Shown here: in pieces, positions 19,685 through 28,221 of the stretch
Numbering within the stretch: position 1 is the stretch's first letter
Layout: every line of letters begins with the position of its first letter
Source: Terriglobales bacterium
Lineage (GTDB): Bacteria > Acidobacteriota > Terriglobia > Terriglobales > Acidobacteriaceae
Assembly (NCBI GenBank): GCA_036521955.1
Contig: DATDGS010000068.1
Location: 118-64,117 of the forward strand
Length of the DNA stretch: 64,000 bases
Reading direction: 5' to 3'
The notes under the pieces: generated by a model
Told to the model about the DNA's origin: nothing
Database searches by the model: none
Seen by the model: only the letters and a program-made list of their open reading frames with translations
Position numbers and translations under genes: made by a program

Positions 19685-21109
19685 ATGAAACGCATTGCCA
19701 TCATCGGCGGCGGAATCTCCGGCCTCTCGGCCGCGTATACGATCGAACAAAAGCGCCGGTCCGGCACGCCCGTTGAGTATGTGTTGTTTGAGTCCAGCCC
19801 GCGCCTTGGCGGTGTGCTCGTCACCGACCGCGTTGACGGCTGCCTGGTTGAAGCCGGGCCCGATTCGTTTCTCACCGAGAAGCCATGGGCTACGGATCTC
19901 TGCGCCAAGATTGGGTTGGGCGACCAACTCATAGGCTCGAACGACTCCGAGCGCAAGACCTACATCGTCGCCAAAGGCAAACTAGTGGTGATGCCCGATG
20001 GGCTCATGTTCATGGTGCCCACCAAGATCATGCCCACAGTTTTGTCGCCGCTTTTTTCCTGGAGCACAAAAATACGCATGGCTGCCGAATGGTTTCATCC
20101 GCCGCGCAAGGCTTCCGAGGACGAAACCGTTGCTGAGATGGTAAAACGCCACTACGGTTCCGAGATGGTTGAGTTGCTTGCCGACCCGCTGCTCTCCGGA
20201 GTGTACGGCGGCGAAGCTTCAGGGTTGAGCGTGCGCGCCGTGCTGCCTCGCTTCGCTGACATGGAATCGAAACACGGTAGTTTGGGCCGCGCCATGCTGC
20301 GATTTCGCAAGGAAGCCCGCAAGAAAATGGGAGCGGCGACGGAAATCCCAGCGCGTCCGCTGTTCACCTCGCTCAAGGACGGCATGCAGCAGATGACGGA
20401 TGCTCTGGTCGCGCGTTTGGATGCGAACACGCTCAAGACGTCTGCGCCCGTGCAGTCGGTGATCCGGCAGGATGACGGCTGGACGGTTTGTGCCGGGTAC
20501 CAGACCGATCACTTCGTCGCCGCCATCATCGCGACCCCAGCTCATGTTGCTGCGGACGTTCTCCAAAGTGCGGATGCGAACCTGTCCCGCGATCTGGGCG
20601 AAATTCAGTATAGTTCCTCGATAACCGTCACGCTCGGTTACGACGAAAGGGTGCGCCGCTCGCTTCCACCCGGCTTCGGATTCCTGGTGCCGCGCAGTGC
20701 AGGCCACCGTATGCTGGCGGCCACTTTCGTCCACAACAAATTTCCTCATCGCGCGCCGGAGAATCGTGCCCTCGTTCGCTGTTTCCTTGGCGGCGCGCGT
20801 GACGAGCAGATCCTCCAGGCGAGCGAAAAAGAAATACTAGGAATCGTTCGCGGTGAACTGCGGCAGATCATCAACCTCAATGCCGAGCCATTGTTTGCGC
20901 GCGTTTACAAATGGAAGTCCGCCATGGCGCAGTATTCCGTCGGCCACCTTGAACGCTTACAGCGCATCGAAGCGCTCCGCCAGAAACTTCCAGGCCTGGC
21001 GCTCGCGGGCAACGGCTATAACGGCATCGGAGTCCCAGACTGCGTTCGCTCCGGCGCCGAAGCCGCAAGCAAAATCCTCGCCGAGATGGGGATGTGGTCG
21101 GCCGCCTAG
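19685..21109 (+). CDS. hemY: HemY-type FAD oxidase (protoporphyrinogen or coproporphyrinogen III oxidase)
   Basis: FAD motif IAIIGGGISGLSAAY; about 474 aa. ATG at 19685 preferred over GTG at 19673. Confidence 0.9.
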   Translation: MKRIAIIGGGISGLSAAYTIEQKRRSGTPVEYVLFESSPRLGGVLVTDRVDGCLVEAGPDSFLTEKPWATDLCAKIGLGDQLIGSNDSERKTYIVAKGKLVVMPDGLMFMVPTKIMPTVLSPLFSWSTKIRMAAEWFHPPRKASEDETVAEMVKRHYGSEMVELLADPLLSGVYGGEASGLSVRAVLPRFADMESKHGSLGRAMLRFRKEARKKMGAATEIPARPLFTSLKDGMQQMTDALVARLDANTLKTSAPVQSVIRQDDGWTVCAGYQTDHFVAAIIATPAHVAADVLQSADANLSRDLGEIQYSSSITVTLGYDERVRRSLPPGFGFLVPRSAGHRMLAATFVHNKFPHRAPENRALVRCFLGGARDEQILQASEKEILGIVRGELRQIINLNAEPLFARVYKWKSAMAQYSVGHLERLQRIEALRQKLPGLALAGNGYNGIGVPDCVRSGAEAASKILAEMGMWSAA

Positions 21110-21118
21110 CCGTTTGCC

Positions 21119-21154
21119 GATGGAGAGCCGGGCGCCCCGCCCGGCCGCTCCATC
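21119..21154 (+). terminator. GC-rich hairpin 10 nt after the hemY stop (no U-tract)
   Basis: GATGGAG-a-GCCGGGC / GCCCGGC-cg-CTCCATC, 14 bp in two segments with a 5-nt loop. No T-run follows, so it could be a REP-like hairpin instead. Confidence 0.3.
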
Positions 21155-21302
21155 TGCTGGACGCGACACGCCCGTCGCTCCAAAGTCACACAAACTCCAG
21201 AATTACCGGCGTAATGTCTTGTTCGGGTTCCCTGTTGCGCGCAACTACTTTTCTGGGGCAGGGTTAGTACAATTAGCACATTTAGGGGTTGGGGGAATCG
21301 TT

Positions 21303-22070
21303 GTGAAAACTCTGTTGACTCTGTTTTGCCTGACCGGAGCACTCTGCTGCGCACAACAAAATTCGTCACAAGACATGCAGGGCATGAACATGCCGGGACA
21401 CGACATGTCGAAAATGTCAGCCCAAGATTCCGCAGAAGACGCGGACGCAAGCATGCACGCCATGAATTCCATGGAAGGTCATCATATGGACATGGGCCCG
21501 CACATGAAGATGACCGCGCTTCGCACTCCGCAACCGGGCGACGCCGAGAAGGCGCAGAAGGTCGTTGAGGTAGCTCGTGGTGTGATGGAAAAGTACAAGG
21601 ACTACCATGTCGCGCTTAACGAAGGCTTCAAGATTTTCCATCCGGAAGTGCCGCAGAAGCAATACCACGTCACCAACTACCGTTACGCATTCGCGGCAAG
21701 GTTCAATTTTGATCCCGAGCATCCGACCTCACTGCTCTATGAGAAGAACGGAGAGGACTACCGGTTGGTGGGCATCATGTATACCGCTCCCAAGCGTTTT
21801 ACTGAAGACGACCTGAACCAGCGCATTCCGCTCAGCATCGCGCAGTGGCATGAGCACGTGAAGTTCTGCCGCGCGCCCCAAGGCCACAGACAGGAAATGT
21901 TAGCGCCGAATCCGAAGTTTGGCTTGAAGGGATCTATCACCACGAAGGAAGAATGCGACGCCAACGGCGGAGAGTTTTATCCCATCGTCTTCAACTGGAT
22001 GGTGCATCTCTATCCGCTCGAAAAGAGCTCCGCACAGATCTGGTCGGTCGATCGCCAGCACGCTGACTGA
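21303..22070 (+). CDS. hypothetical exported protein with Met/His-rich N-terminal tract
   Basis: GTG at 21303 after GGGGGA. Signal-like VKTLLTLFCLTGALCCAQQ, then MQGMNMPGHDMSKM...MEGHHMDMGPHMKM. The track ORF from 20853 overlaps hemY and is an over-extension. Confidence 0.6.
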   Translation: MKTLLTLFCLTGALCCAQQNSSQDMQGMNMPGHDMSKMSAQDSAEDADASMHAMNSMEGHHMDMGPHMKMTALRTPQPGDAEKAQKVVEVARGVMEKYKDYHVALNEGFKIFHPEVPQKQYHVTNYRYAFAARFNFDPEHPTSLLYEKNGEDYRLVGIMYTAPKRFTEDDLNQRIPLSIAQWHEHVKFCRAPQGHRQEMLAPNPKFGLKGSITTKEECDANGGEFYPIVFNWMVHLYPLEKSSAQIWSVDRQHAD

Positions 22071-22259
22071 ACCTCCGGGCTGAACAGCCCCGCCCCATCA
22101 CGTCAAAACGGGAGTGATGGGGACCCCGGCGCCGAGCTAAGTTGTTTCGCCCCCATCGGGGCTAGATCCTTTCCGCAAATTGTGAAGCCCTATCCTTCCC
22201 AGAGCATCTATGAGTCTAGTTCCACTCTGCTATTCTGAACTTTTCTCACTTCGATTCTC

Positions 22260-23216
22260 ATGAGCGATGTTGCGCCCGCAAGTCCATGGAAGATCATTGT
22301 TGCCTTCGCCCTCGTCTATGTCTTCTGGGGCTCGACTTATCTGGGCATCGGCATCGCGGTGGAACAGATTCCTCCTGCCTTTATGTGCGCCGCGCGCTTT
22401 TCGATTGCGGGCGTGGTCATGCTGGCTTACTGCGCGCTGACCGGACGTCGCATTCGTTTTTCGGCGCGGCAGCTCAGCCATCTGGGGGCTGTCGGCGTTC
22501 TGCTTCTGATGGGCGGCAATCTCACCCTCTCTTACGCGGAGCGGATCGTTCCCACCGGCCTGGCAGCGCTGCTGGTTGCAGTTACGCCGCTCTGGTTTCT
22601 AGTGCTGGATAGCCTGTTGCTGGGCGACCATCACATTTCGCGGCGCGGCAAGATCGGGCTGGCGATCGGGATCACTGGCATAGTTGTGCTGGTCTGGCCA
22701 GATCTGCGTCATCCGAATGCCCTGGGCCATCGCGAACTTTGGTGGTCGCTGGCGTTGCCGCTCGGATCGTTCAGTTGGGCGCTCGGTTCGGTGCTCTCGA
22801 AAAAGTGGCAGACCGCGGCGGGCGATCCCTTCGGCGCAATCGCGTGGCAGATGACCTTCGCGGGAATCGCCAATCTGATTTTCGCGCTGCTCGTGGAGAC
22901 GCCTGCCAATGTAACGTGGACCCTCCGCGGAATAGGCGCGATTCTGTATCTCGTGGTGTTCGGTTCTTGGATCGGCTACACCGCCTACATCTGGCTGCTG
23001 CAGCACGTCCCAACCTCGAAGGTTTCTACCTACGCGTACGTGAATCCCGTGGTCGCGGTCTTTCTGGGATGGCTGGTTCTGCATGAGCGCATCGACCGCT
23101 ACATCGCGATGGGAAGCGCCATCATCGTGGCGTCCGTAGTGCTGGTAACGAGCGCGAAGATCTCGACGCGGACGGTGGCGGAAGAACTGCCTGCGGTCGA
23201 GGCCACGGGAGATTAG
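22260..23216 (+). CDS. EamA/DMT-superfamily transporter
   Basis: 318 aa, about 10 hydrophobic helices in two repeats. Typical N-terminus ..FALVYVFWGSTYLGI. Confidence 0.85.
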   Translation: MSDVAPASPWKIIVAFALVYVFWGSTYLGIGIAVEQIPPAFMCAARFSIAGVVMLAYCALTGRRIRFSARQLSHLGAVGVLLLMGGNLTLSYAERIVPTGLAALLVAVTPLWFLVLDSLLLGDHHISRRGKIGLAIGITGIVVLVWPDLRHPNALGHRELWWSLALPLGSFSWALGSVLSKKWQTAAGDPFGAIAWQMTFAGIANLIFALLVETPANVTWTLRGIGAILYLVVFGSWIGYTAYIWLLQHVPTSKVSTYAYVNPVVAVFLGWLVLHERIDRYIAMGSAIIVASVVLVTSAKISTRTVAEELPAVEATGD

Positions 23217-23322
23217 TTCCCAGCTGTCAGTTCGCCGCTTTCTCCAAAAACGGGCTTCAAGCTCGAACCATAGACGCGCTTGGGGCGGGCTCGGCACCCC
23301 CTCCCACCCCCTCCATTGAGTA

Positions 23323-23352
23323 TTGACAGCATCATACCTTGTATTACATAAT
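23323..23352 (+). promoter_or_regulatory. candidate promoter TTGACA-N18-CATAAT immediately upstream of the PadR gene
   Basis: TTGACA at 23323-23328, CATAAT at 23347-23352. The -10 lies within the imperfect palindrome ATTAcaTAAT. The GTG start at 23358 is only 6 nt downstream. Confidence 0.3.
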
Positions 23353-23357
23353 ATAGA

Positions 23358-23726
23358 GTGCGAGACGACGGCCGTGACCTGGAGACTGCAGACAAGTGGG
23401 AGGTACAGCTCCGCAAGGGATGTCTTGAACTCGCGATTCTGGCTGCGTTGTGGGACGGAAAACTCTATGGCCTGGAGGTTTTGCGGCGGCTGGAGAGCGA
23501 TTCCGACCTAATCGTGTCGGAAGGAACGGTGTATCCGCTGCTGAGCCGTTTGAAGGCGCTGGGGCTGGTGCAGAGTGAGTGGGTGGAGTCCGATGCCGGG
23601 CATCCGCGGAAATACTACGCGCTTACGTCGGCCGGAAGGCCGCGAGTCCGCCAGATGGCTGGGATGTGGACGCGGTTCTCGTCGAGCATGAGCCGCCTGC
23701 TCGCTCCACTCGCGAAGGGAAAATAA
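23358..23726 (+). CDS. PadR-family transcriptional regulator
   Basis: YGLEVLRRLE..EGTVYPLLSRLKALGLV..RKYYALTSAGR. GTG 23358 is the only in-frame start. Confidence 0.85.
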   Translation: MRDDGRDLETADKWEVQLRKGCLELAILAALWDGKLYGLEVLRRLESDSDLIVSEGTVYPLLSRLKALGLVQSEWVESDAGHPRKYYALTSAGRPRVRQMAGMWTRFSSSMSRLLAPLAKGK

Positions 23727-24395
23727 ATGGCCATGTCGGACGATATGTCAGGCGATGCGCAGCCGAGGATCGAAACTTACCTGAGCAGGTTGCGCCAGCG
23801 GTTGCGCGGCGTGAACGACCGAGACGCCCGCGAGATCGTCGAAGAACTGCGCAGCCACATTATGGATAAGGCCGCCGCTTCTGGAAAAGCGTCCGGAGAA
23901 TCAGCCGGAGAAGTGCACGGAGAACTGACACCCGCTGCAATCGACGCGGCACTGGCCGGGCTGGGCAGTCCAGAAGAGTTGGCCAGCCAGTACATAACCG
24001 ACGATTTGCTGGCGCAAGCGGAGGTCAGCCGGTGGCCACTGCGCATCCTCAAGAGCTTGTTCCGGTGGGCAAGCTTGAGTGTTGCCGGTTTTTTCGTGTT
24101 GATCGGCTCCATCGGCGGATATTTCTTCGGGACGGTTTTCATTCTTGTAGCGGTGGCGAAATTATTCCATCCGCGAACCGCGGGTTTGTGGGTTTTTCCG
24201 AACGGCGGCGGCGACTTCGAGATGTCTTTTCGACTTGGGTTCGGAAGCGCGCCGGCGGGCGGCAGGGATTTGCTCGGTTGCTGGATAATACCGATCGGCT
24301 GGCTGGTGGGCTGCGGGCTCGTGATGTTAACCACTTACATTACGGTCCGGTTTATGCGGCAGTATCGGAAATCGCTGGTCCTCCCTCAAGGCTGA
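23727..24395 (+). CDS. PadR-associated membrane protein (DUF1700/HAAS-like N-terminus)
   Basis: Starts 1 nt after the PadR stop. N-terminal IETYLSRLRQRLRGVNDRDAREIVEELRSHI, followed by hydrophobic helices. Confidence 0.7.
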   Translation: MAMSDDMSGDAQPRIETYLSRLRQRLRGVNDRDAREIVEELRSHIMDKAAASGKASGESAGEVHGELTPAAIDAALAGLGSPEELASQYITDDLLAQAEVSRWPLRILKSLFRWASLSVAGFFVLIGSIGGYFFGTVFILVAVAKLFHPRTAGLWVFPNGGGDFEMSFRLGFGSAPAGGRDLLGCWIIPIGWLVGCGLVMLTTYITVRFMRQYRKSLVLPQG

Positions 24396-24426
24396 TCCGG
24401 GCCGAAATTGCCAAGGAAGAAAGAAA

Positions 24427-25159
24427 ATGAAGGAATCGATCGCCGCAAGCGAGACGTCGTTGCCCGGTGTGACTGATTCCAGCCAGCTGCCAGAGCGCGG
24501 ACTGAGCCCCGCGCAGCGCTGGATTTCTCTTGCCGAGTTTGTAGTCGGCAGCGCAATTGTGATCGGCCACAACGTCTATCATGTCATTCCCAACGAAGTG
24601 CCCATTTCTTCTTGTGTTTGGTCTGATTTCACTGCGGGTGCGCGATGGCGGTTGGGGCGTGATCGGCCTGCGTTGGCCAGTTTCGGGGCAGCGAACTGTC
24701 TTATCCGCGCTAGCCGCGGCCGCCATACGAATCCTGCTCGCTGCATTGGTGATTGATCCCCTCACCGCCCACTTCTTGCCGGCTGCGGTCGGGTCGAGCG
24801 GCTTCGATCAAATCACAGGCCATACGATGGTAGCCCTTCGCTGGCTGTTTATCGTCTGGACCTTTGCTGCATTCGGAGAAGAAATCGGCTACCGGGGATA
24901 CCTGGTCACGCGCGCCGCGGACGTTGGCGGCCGCTCGAAAATTGCGTATTGGGCCGCAGTCCTGGCCGTCTCCGTGCTCTTCGGAATCGGGCACTTCTAC
25001 AAAGGCCCCTCGGGAATGGTGGACTCCGGCATGGCCGGCCTGATTCTCGGAGCTGCTTATCTCCTATCTGGCCGCGACCTTGTGGATATGCATTCTGGCG
25101 CACGGTGCTTCATCGACACATTTGGAGTGGTCGCCTTGTTCTTCGGATCGCTGACCTAG
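24427..25159 (+). pseudogene. CPBP (CAAX/Abi) intramembrane protease gene with frame disruptions
   Basis: SD-preceded ATG at 24427 opens frame 1 (..AEFVVGSAIVIGHNVYHVIPNEVP). The protease motifs FGEEIGYRGYL and FGIGHFY lie in frame 2 from about 24600. At 25077-25109 a third frame reads TLWICILAHGA, the expected third motif. Confidence 0.6.
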
Positions 25160-25169
25160 CAGGCGGGGG

Positions 25170-25861
25170 CTATTCTTCCGGCTCTTCGGTGTCGTTGACC
25201 ACGTCAACCACGCGGCTTCGTATTGAGAACACTAGCTTCTGCTCGTCGCCGTGCCGAAAGCCACTCGCATAGGAGTGCGTTCCCAGACCGGAGACGGACA
25301 CTCCGAGTCGGGATCGTCACCTCCCGCGGGCTCGCCTCCTTCTTTCTTTTTTCAGGTCGGTTTGCGACGACCACCGCGTCGAGTTTCTTGCCGTCCTCCG
25401 AAACGCCGCCGTAGGCGATGTAGTCGCGATACCAGCTCGCGGTCGAATAGAAGGGATCGAACTCAGGCAGGTTGAGCCGAGAGACGTCTCCGGTGAGGCG
25501 GTCGACGAGCAGCCAGCCGCCACGCTGCCATTGCCGGCGCGGGGAGTTCGAGCTCGCGTCGGTGTTTTCGTTGGGCAGTGCATCGTTTACGCGAAACGCC
25601 CGCCGGACCACAAACAGGCGGTCGGTCAACTCATGCGGAAGTGCGGTGGTGTATTCCTTGACCGGGCGTCCACAAACAACGGAGGTACTTTCAAGTCGAG
25701 CAGCCGCTGTCCGGTGGCGCTGGGCCACTTGGCGGAAATCCATCTTCGGAGGTGATGACGTGCGGCTTAGGCACGGCCGCGCATTCGCTCGAAGCCAAAC
25801 AAAGCAAGACGAGCGTTGGGATGCAGATCAGGACGCACATCATCAAGAGCTTTCGCAACAT
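25170..25861 (-). pseudogene. hypothetical exported protein gene split over three frames
   Basis: Signal peptide MLRKLLMMCVLICIPTLVLLCLASS (start 25861) in one frame. Core ..GWLLVDRLTGDVSRLNLPEFDPFYSTASWYRDYIAYGG.. in a second frame. Protein-like tail LGVSVSGLGTHSYASGFRHGDEQKLVFSIRSRVVDVVNDTEEPEE* in a third, ending at 25170. Confidence 0.45.
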
Positions 25862-26022
25862 GATTTGAAGGCTGGCATGAGCGCGCAACGGTCGCAAGGA
25901 CATTTGAACAGGGAAAATGTTCAGTTTTCCGGTGGAGCTGGACAGCCGGAAGCGTTGTCCCTGTGTCGGTCGGGGTCGAGCCGCGTGGTGGCGCAGTTTG
26001 CGGCGGTGTGGGAGACTTGATC

Positions 26023-26229
26023 ATGGCCAAGCGGAGTCTCCGGATCTTGAAGCGAGTCAGTAACATCCCGTCGCGGGGAATTTGCGAATTGTGCAATGCG
26101 CCGTTCTCGGCAGATCCTCGTCAGCTGGGGCAGGCGGGGGTTCAGCAGCAGTTCAACGCGCACAAGTGCGACGCCACGCATAACGCAGGGCCGATCACGC
26201 AAGAAACTGCGAAGGCTGCGGGTAAGTAA
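26023..26229 (+). CDS. hypothetical small protein (68 aa)
   Basis: ATG at 26023 preceded by GGGAGA with 7-nt spacing. MAKRSLRILKRVSNIPSRGICELCNAPF.. No family recognised. Confidence 0.4.
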   Translation: MAKRSLRILKRVSNIPSRGICELCNAPFSADPRQLGQAGVQQQFNAHKCDATHNAGPITQETAKAAGK

Positions 26230-26294
26230 CTGGTTAGCGCATGTTTTCTCACTGCCGACTTGCAATATCGTAGCGAATCGAGCAAGGTAAACCG

Positions 26295-27341
26295 ATGAGT
26301 CTACCGCCGCGACAGGTCCGGACAACCCTTTCTTCGCAATCGAGTTCTTATGCGGATATGGGTGATCTTCTGGCAGGCCGCCGGAAGCAGTCGATTCTGG
26401 TGGTTGACGACAATGTGGTCAACGCGATGCTGTTGAAGGAGCTGCTCGCCAGCCGCGGCTATCCAACGGTTGCAGTGCACAATGCGGCGGAGGCGGAAGC
26501 GGAGATTCGGCGCGAGGCTCCGGACCTGATTTTGCTCGATGTGGTTATGCCCGGCAAGACCGGCTACGAACTGTGCCGCGAACTTAAAGAAGATTCCAGC
26601 ACGCGGCTGATTCCGATCGTCATGATTACCGGCCTGAGCGCTCAAGAAGACCGCCTGAAGGGAATTGAAGCGGGCGCCGACGATTTCCTGACCAAGCCAA
26701 TCTTTCCTGAAGAACTGTTCGCGCGCGTGAATTCGTTGCTCAAGTTGAAGGAATTCACCGACGAACTTGAGACGGCAGATTCGGTTTTGTGCACGCTGGG
26801 GCTGAGCGTGGAGGCGCGCGATCCTTACACGGAAGGTCACTGCGAGCGGTTGGCGCGCAATGCCGTGGACCTGGGTCGTTTTCTCGGGCTGGAGGAAGAA
26901 AGCATTGTGGCCCTGCAGCGGGGCGGTTATCTGCATGACCTGGGGAAGATCGCCGTGCCGGATGAAATCCTGAAGAAAGGCAGCGATCTGACGCCCGAGG
27001 AGTGGGTGATCATGAAGCAGCATCCGCTGACCGGTGAAAGGATTTGCCGCCCGTTGCGGTCGTTGCGGCTGGTCCTTCCCATCATCCGTCATCATCATGA
27101 GCATTCGGATGGCAGCGGCTATCCCGATGGACTGCGGGCAGGCGAGATACCGCTTCTGCCGCGCATTCTGCAGGTGGTGGACATCTATGACGCATTGCGC
27201 ACGGCGCGTCCGTATAAGCCCGCGCTCGGCCACGATCAGGCCGCCGTTACCATGCTTGCCGAGGCGCAAAGCGGACTTTGGGATTCGGAGTTGGTGGCGG
27301 AGTTCTTCGCCATGCTCGACAAACGCAGCCAGGTGGCATGA
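26295..27341 (+). CDS. response regulator with HD-GYP domain (RpfG-type c-di-GMP phosphodiesterase)
   Basis: REC domain ILVVDDNVVNAMLL..LILLDVVMPGKTGYELC. HD-GYP motif HHHEHSDGSGYPDGL. Confidence 0.9.
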   Translation: MSLPPRQVRTTLSSQSSSYADMGDLLAGRRKQSILVVDDNVVNAMLLKELLASRGYPTVAVHNAAEAEAEIRREAPDLILLDVVMPGKTGYELCRELKEDSSTRLIPIVMITGLSAQEDRLKGIEAGADDFLTKPIFPEELFARVNSLLKLKEFTDELETADSVLCTLGLSVEARDPYTEGHCERLARNAVDLGRFLGLEEESIVALQRGGYLHDLGKIAVPDEILKKGSDLTPEEWVIMKQHPLTGERICRPLRSLRLVLPIIRHHHEHSDGSGYPDGLRAGEIPLLPRILQVVDIYDALRTARPYKPALGHDQAAVTMLAEAQSGLWDSELVAEFFAMLDKRSQVA

Positions 27342-27344
27342 ATC

Positions 27345-27384
27345 ATTGAGTCATTGAATGATTGAATCATTGAGCCATTGATTC
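27345..27384 (+). repeat. five tandem octamers ATTGA(A/G/T)NN at exact 8-bp spacing
   Basis: ATTGA at 27345, 27353, 27361, 27369 and 27377. A further ATTGA at 27405, and inverted TCAAT at 27399 and 27415. Confidence 0.9.
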
Positions 27385-27417
27385 GCTGCCATCATCGTTC
27401 AATGATTGAATGTCTCA

Positions 27418-28173
27418 ATGGCCCCGACTTTCTCCATCGTTATTCCCGCCTACAACGAAAGCGCACGCATCCGGCCGACGCTCGATGCGCTTCTCCGCTT
27501 TGCGCGGGAACAAAACTGGGACGTGGAAATTCTGCTGGTGAACGATGGCTCAGGCGACGATACGGCGCAAATCGTGCGGGAATATGGCAAGTTGCATCCA
27601 CAGATTCTGCTGCTGGAGAACCCCGGGAACCGCGGCAAAGGTTACAGTGTGCGCAACGGGATGCTGCATGCGCGCGGCGATATTTGCCTGTTCACCGATG
27701 CCGATCTTTCTTCACCCATCACGGAGGCGCAAAAATTGTTCGACGCGATTGGGAGAGGCGCCGATATCGCGATCGGGTCGCGCTGGCTGCGCGCGGAATT
27801 GCAAACCGAGCGCCAGCCCCTGTACCGGCAGGCGTTTGGACGAATCTTCAATCTGGTGCTGCGATTAGTTCTGGGGTTACGTTTCGCGGACACGCAATGC
27901 GGATTCAAAGCTTTTCGCCGTGACACCGCGCAACTCATCTTTCCGTTGCAGAAAATTGAACGCTGGGGTTTCGATCCGGAAATTCTGTTTCTGGCCCGGC
28001 GCGCCGGCCTTCGGGTGGAAGAGGTTCCGGTTCTCTGGGCCCATAGCGAAGGGACAAGGCTCCACCCTTTTCGGGACGGACTGCGAATGTTTGTGGAAGT
28101 TTTGCGGATCCGGTGGAATGCGATAACCGGGGAGTATGCGGCCGATGCGGTGCCCTCTCCGGGAAAATTGTAG
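27418..28173 (+). CDS. family-2 glycosyltransferase (dolichyl/polyprenyl-phosphate sugar transferase-like)
   Basis: FSIVIPAYNES..LLVNDGSGDDT. ATG 27418 (MAPTFSIVIP) preferred over TTG 27406. No obvious SD. Confidence 0.85.
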   Translation: MAPTFSIVIPAYNESARIRPTLDALLRFAREQNWDVEILLVNDGSGDDTAQIVREYGKLHPQILLLENPGNRGKGYSVRNGMLHARGDICLFTDADLSSPITEAQKLFDAIGRGADIAIGSRWLRAELQTERQPLYRQAFGRIFNLVLRLVLGLRFADTQCGFKAFRRDTAQLIFPLQKIERWGFDPEILFLARRAGLRVEEVPVLWAHSEGTRLHPFRDGLRMFVEVLRIRWNAITGEYAADAVPSPGKL

Positions 28174-28178
28174 GTCGG

Positions 28179-28216
28179 TTTCCCCTGTGATCCTCTGTGT
28201 CCCCTGTGGTAAAGCC
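28179..28216 (+). repeat. dispersed repeat family A copy
   Basis: TTCCCCTGTGATCCTCTGTGTCCCCTGTGGTAAAGCCC, between the convergent GT2 and leuB genes. Confidence 0.85.
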
Positions 28217-28221
28217 CTTGC

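Noticed and set aside
20853-21302. Upstream extension of ORF 20853-22070
   Set aside because: It overlaps the 3' end of hemY and the downstream hairpin. The GTG at 21303 starts a signal peptide.
26301-27269. 322-aa minus-strand ORF
   Set aside because: Antisense to the REC/HD-GYP response regulator gene. No recognisable motifs and an Arg/Gln-rich composition.
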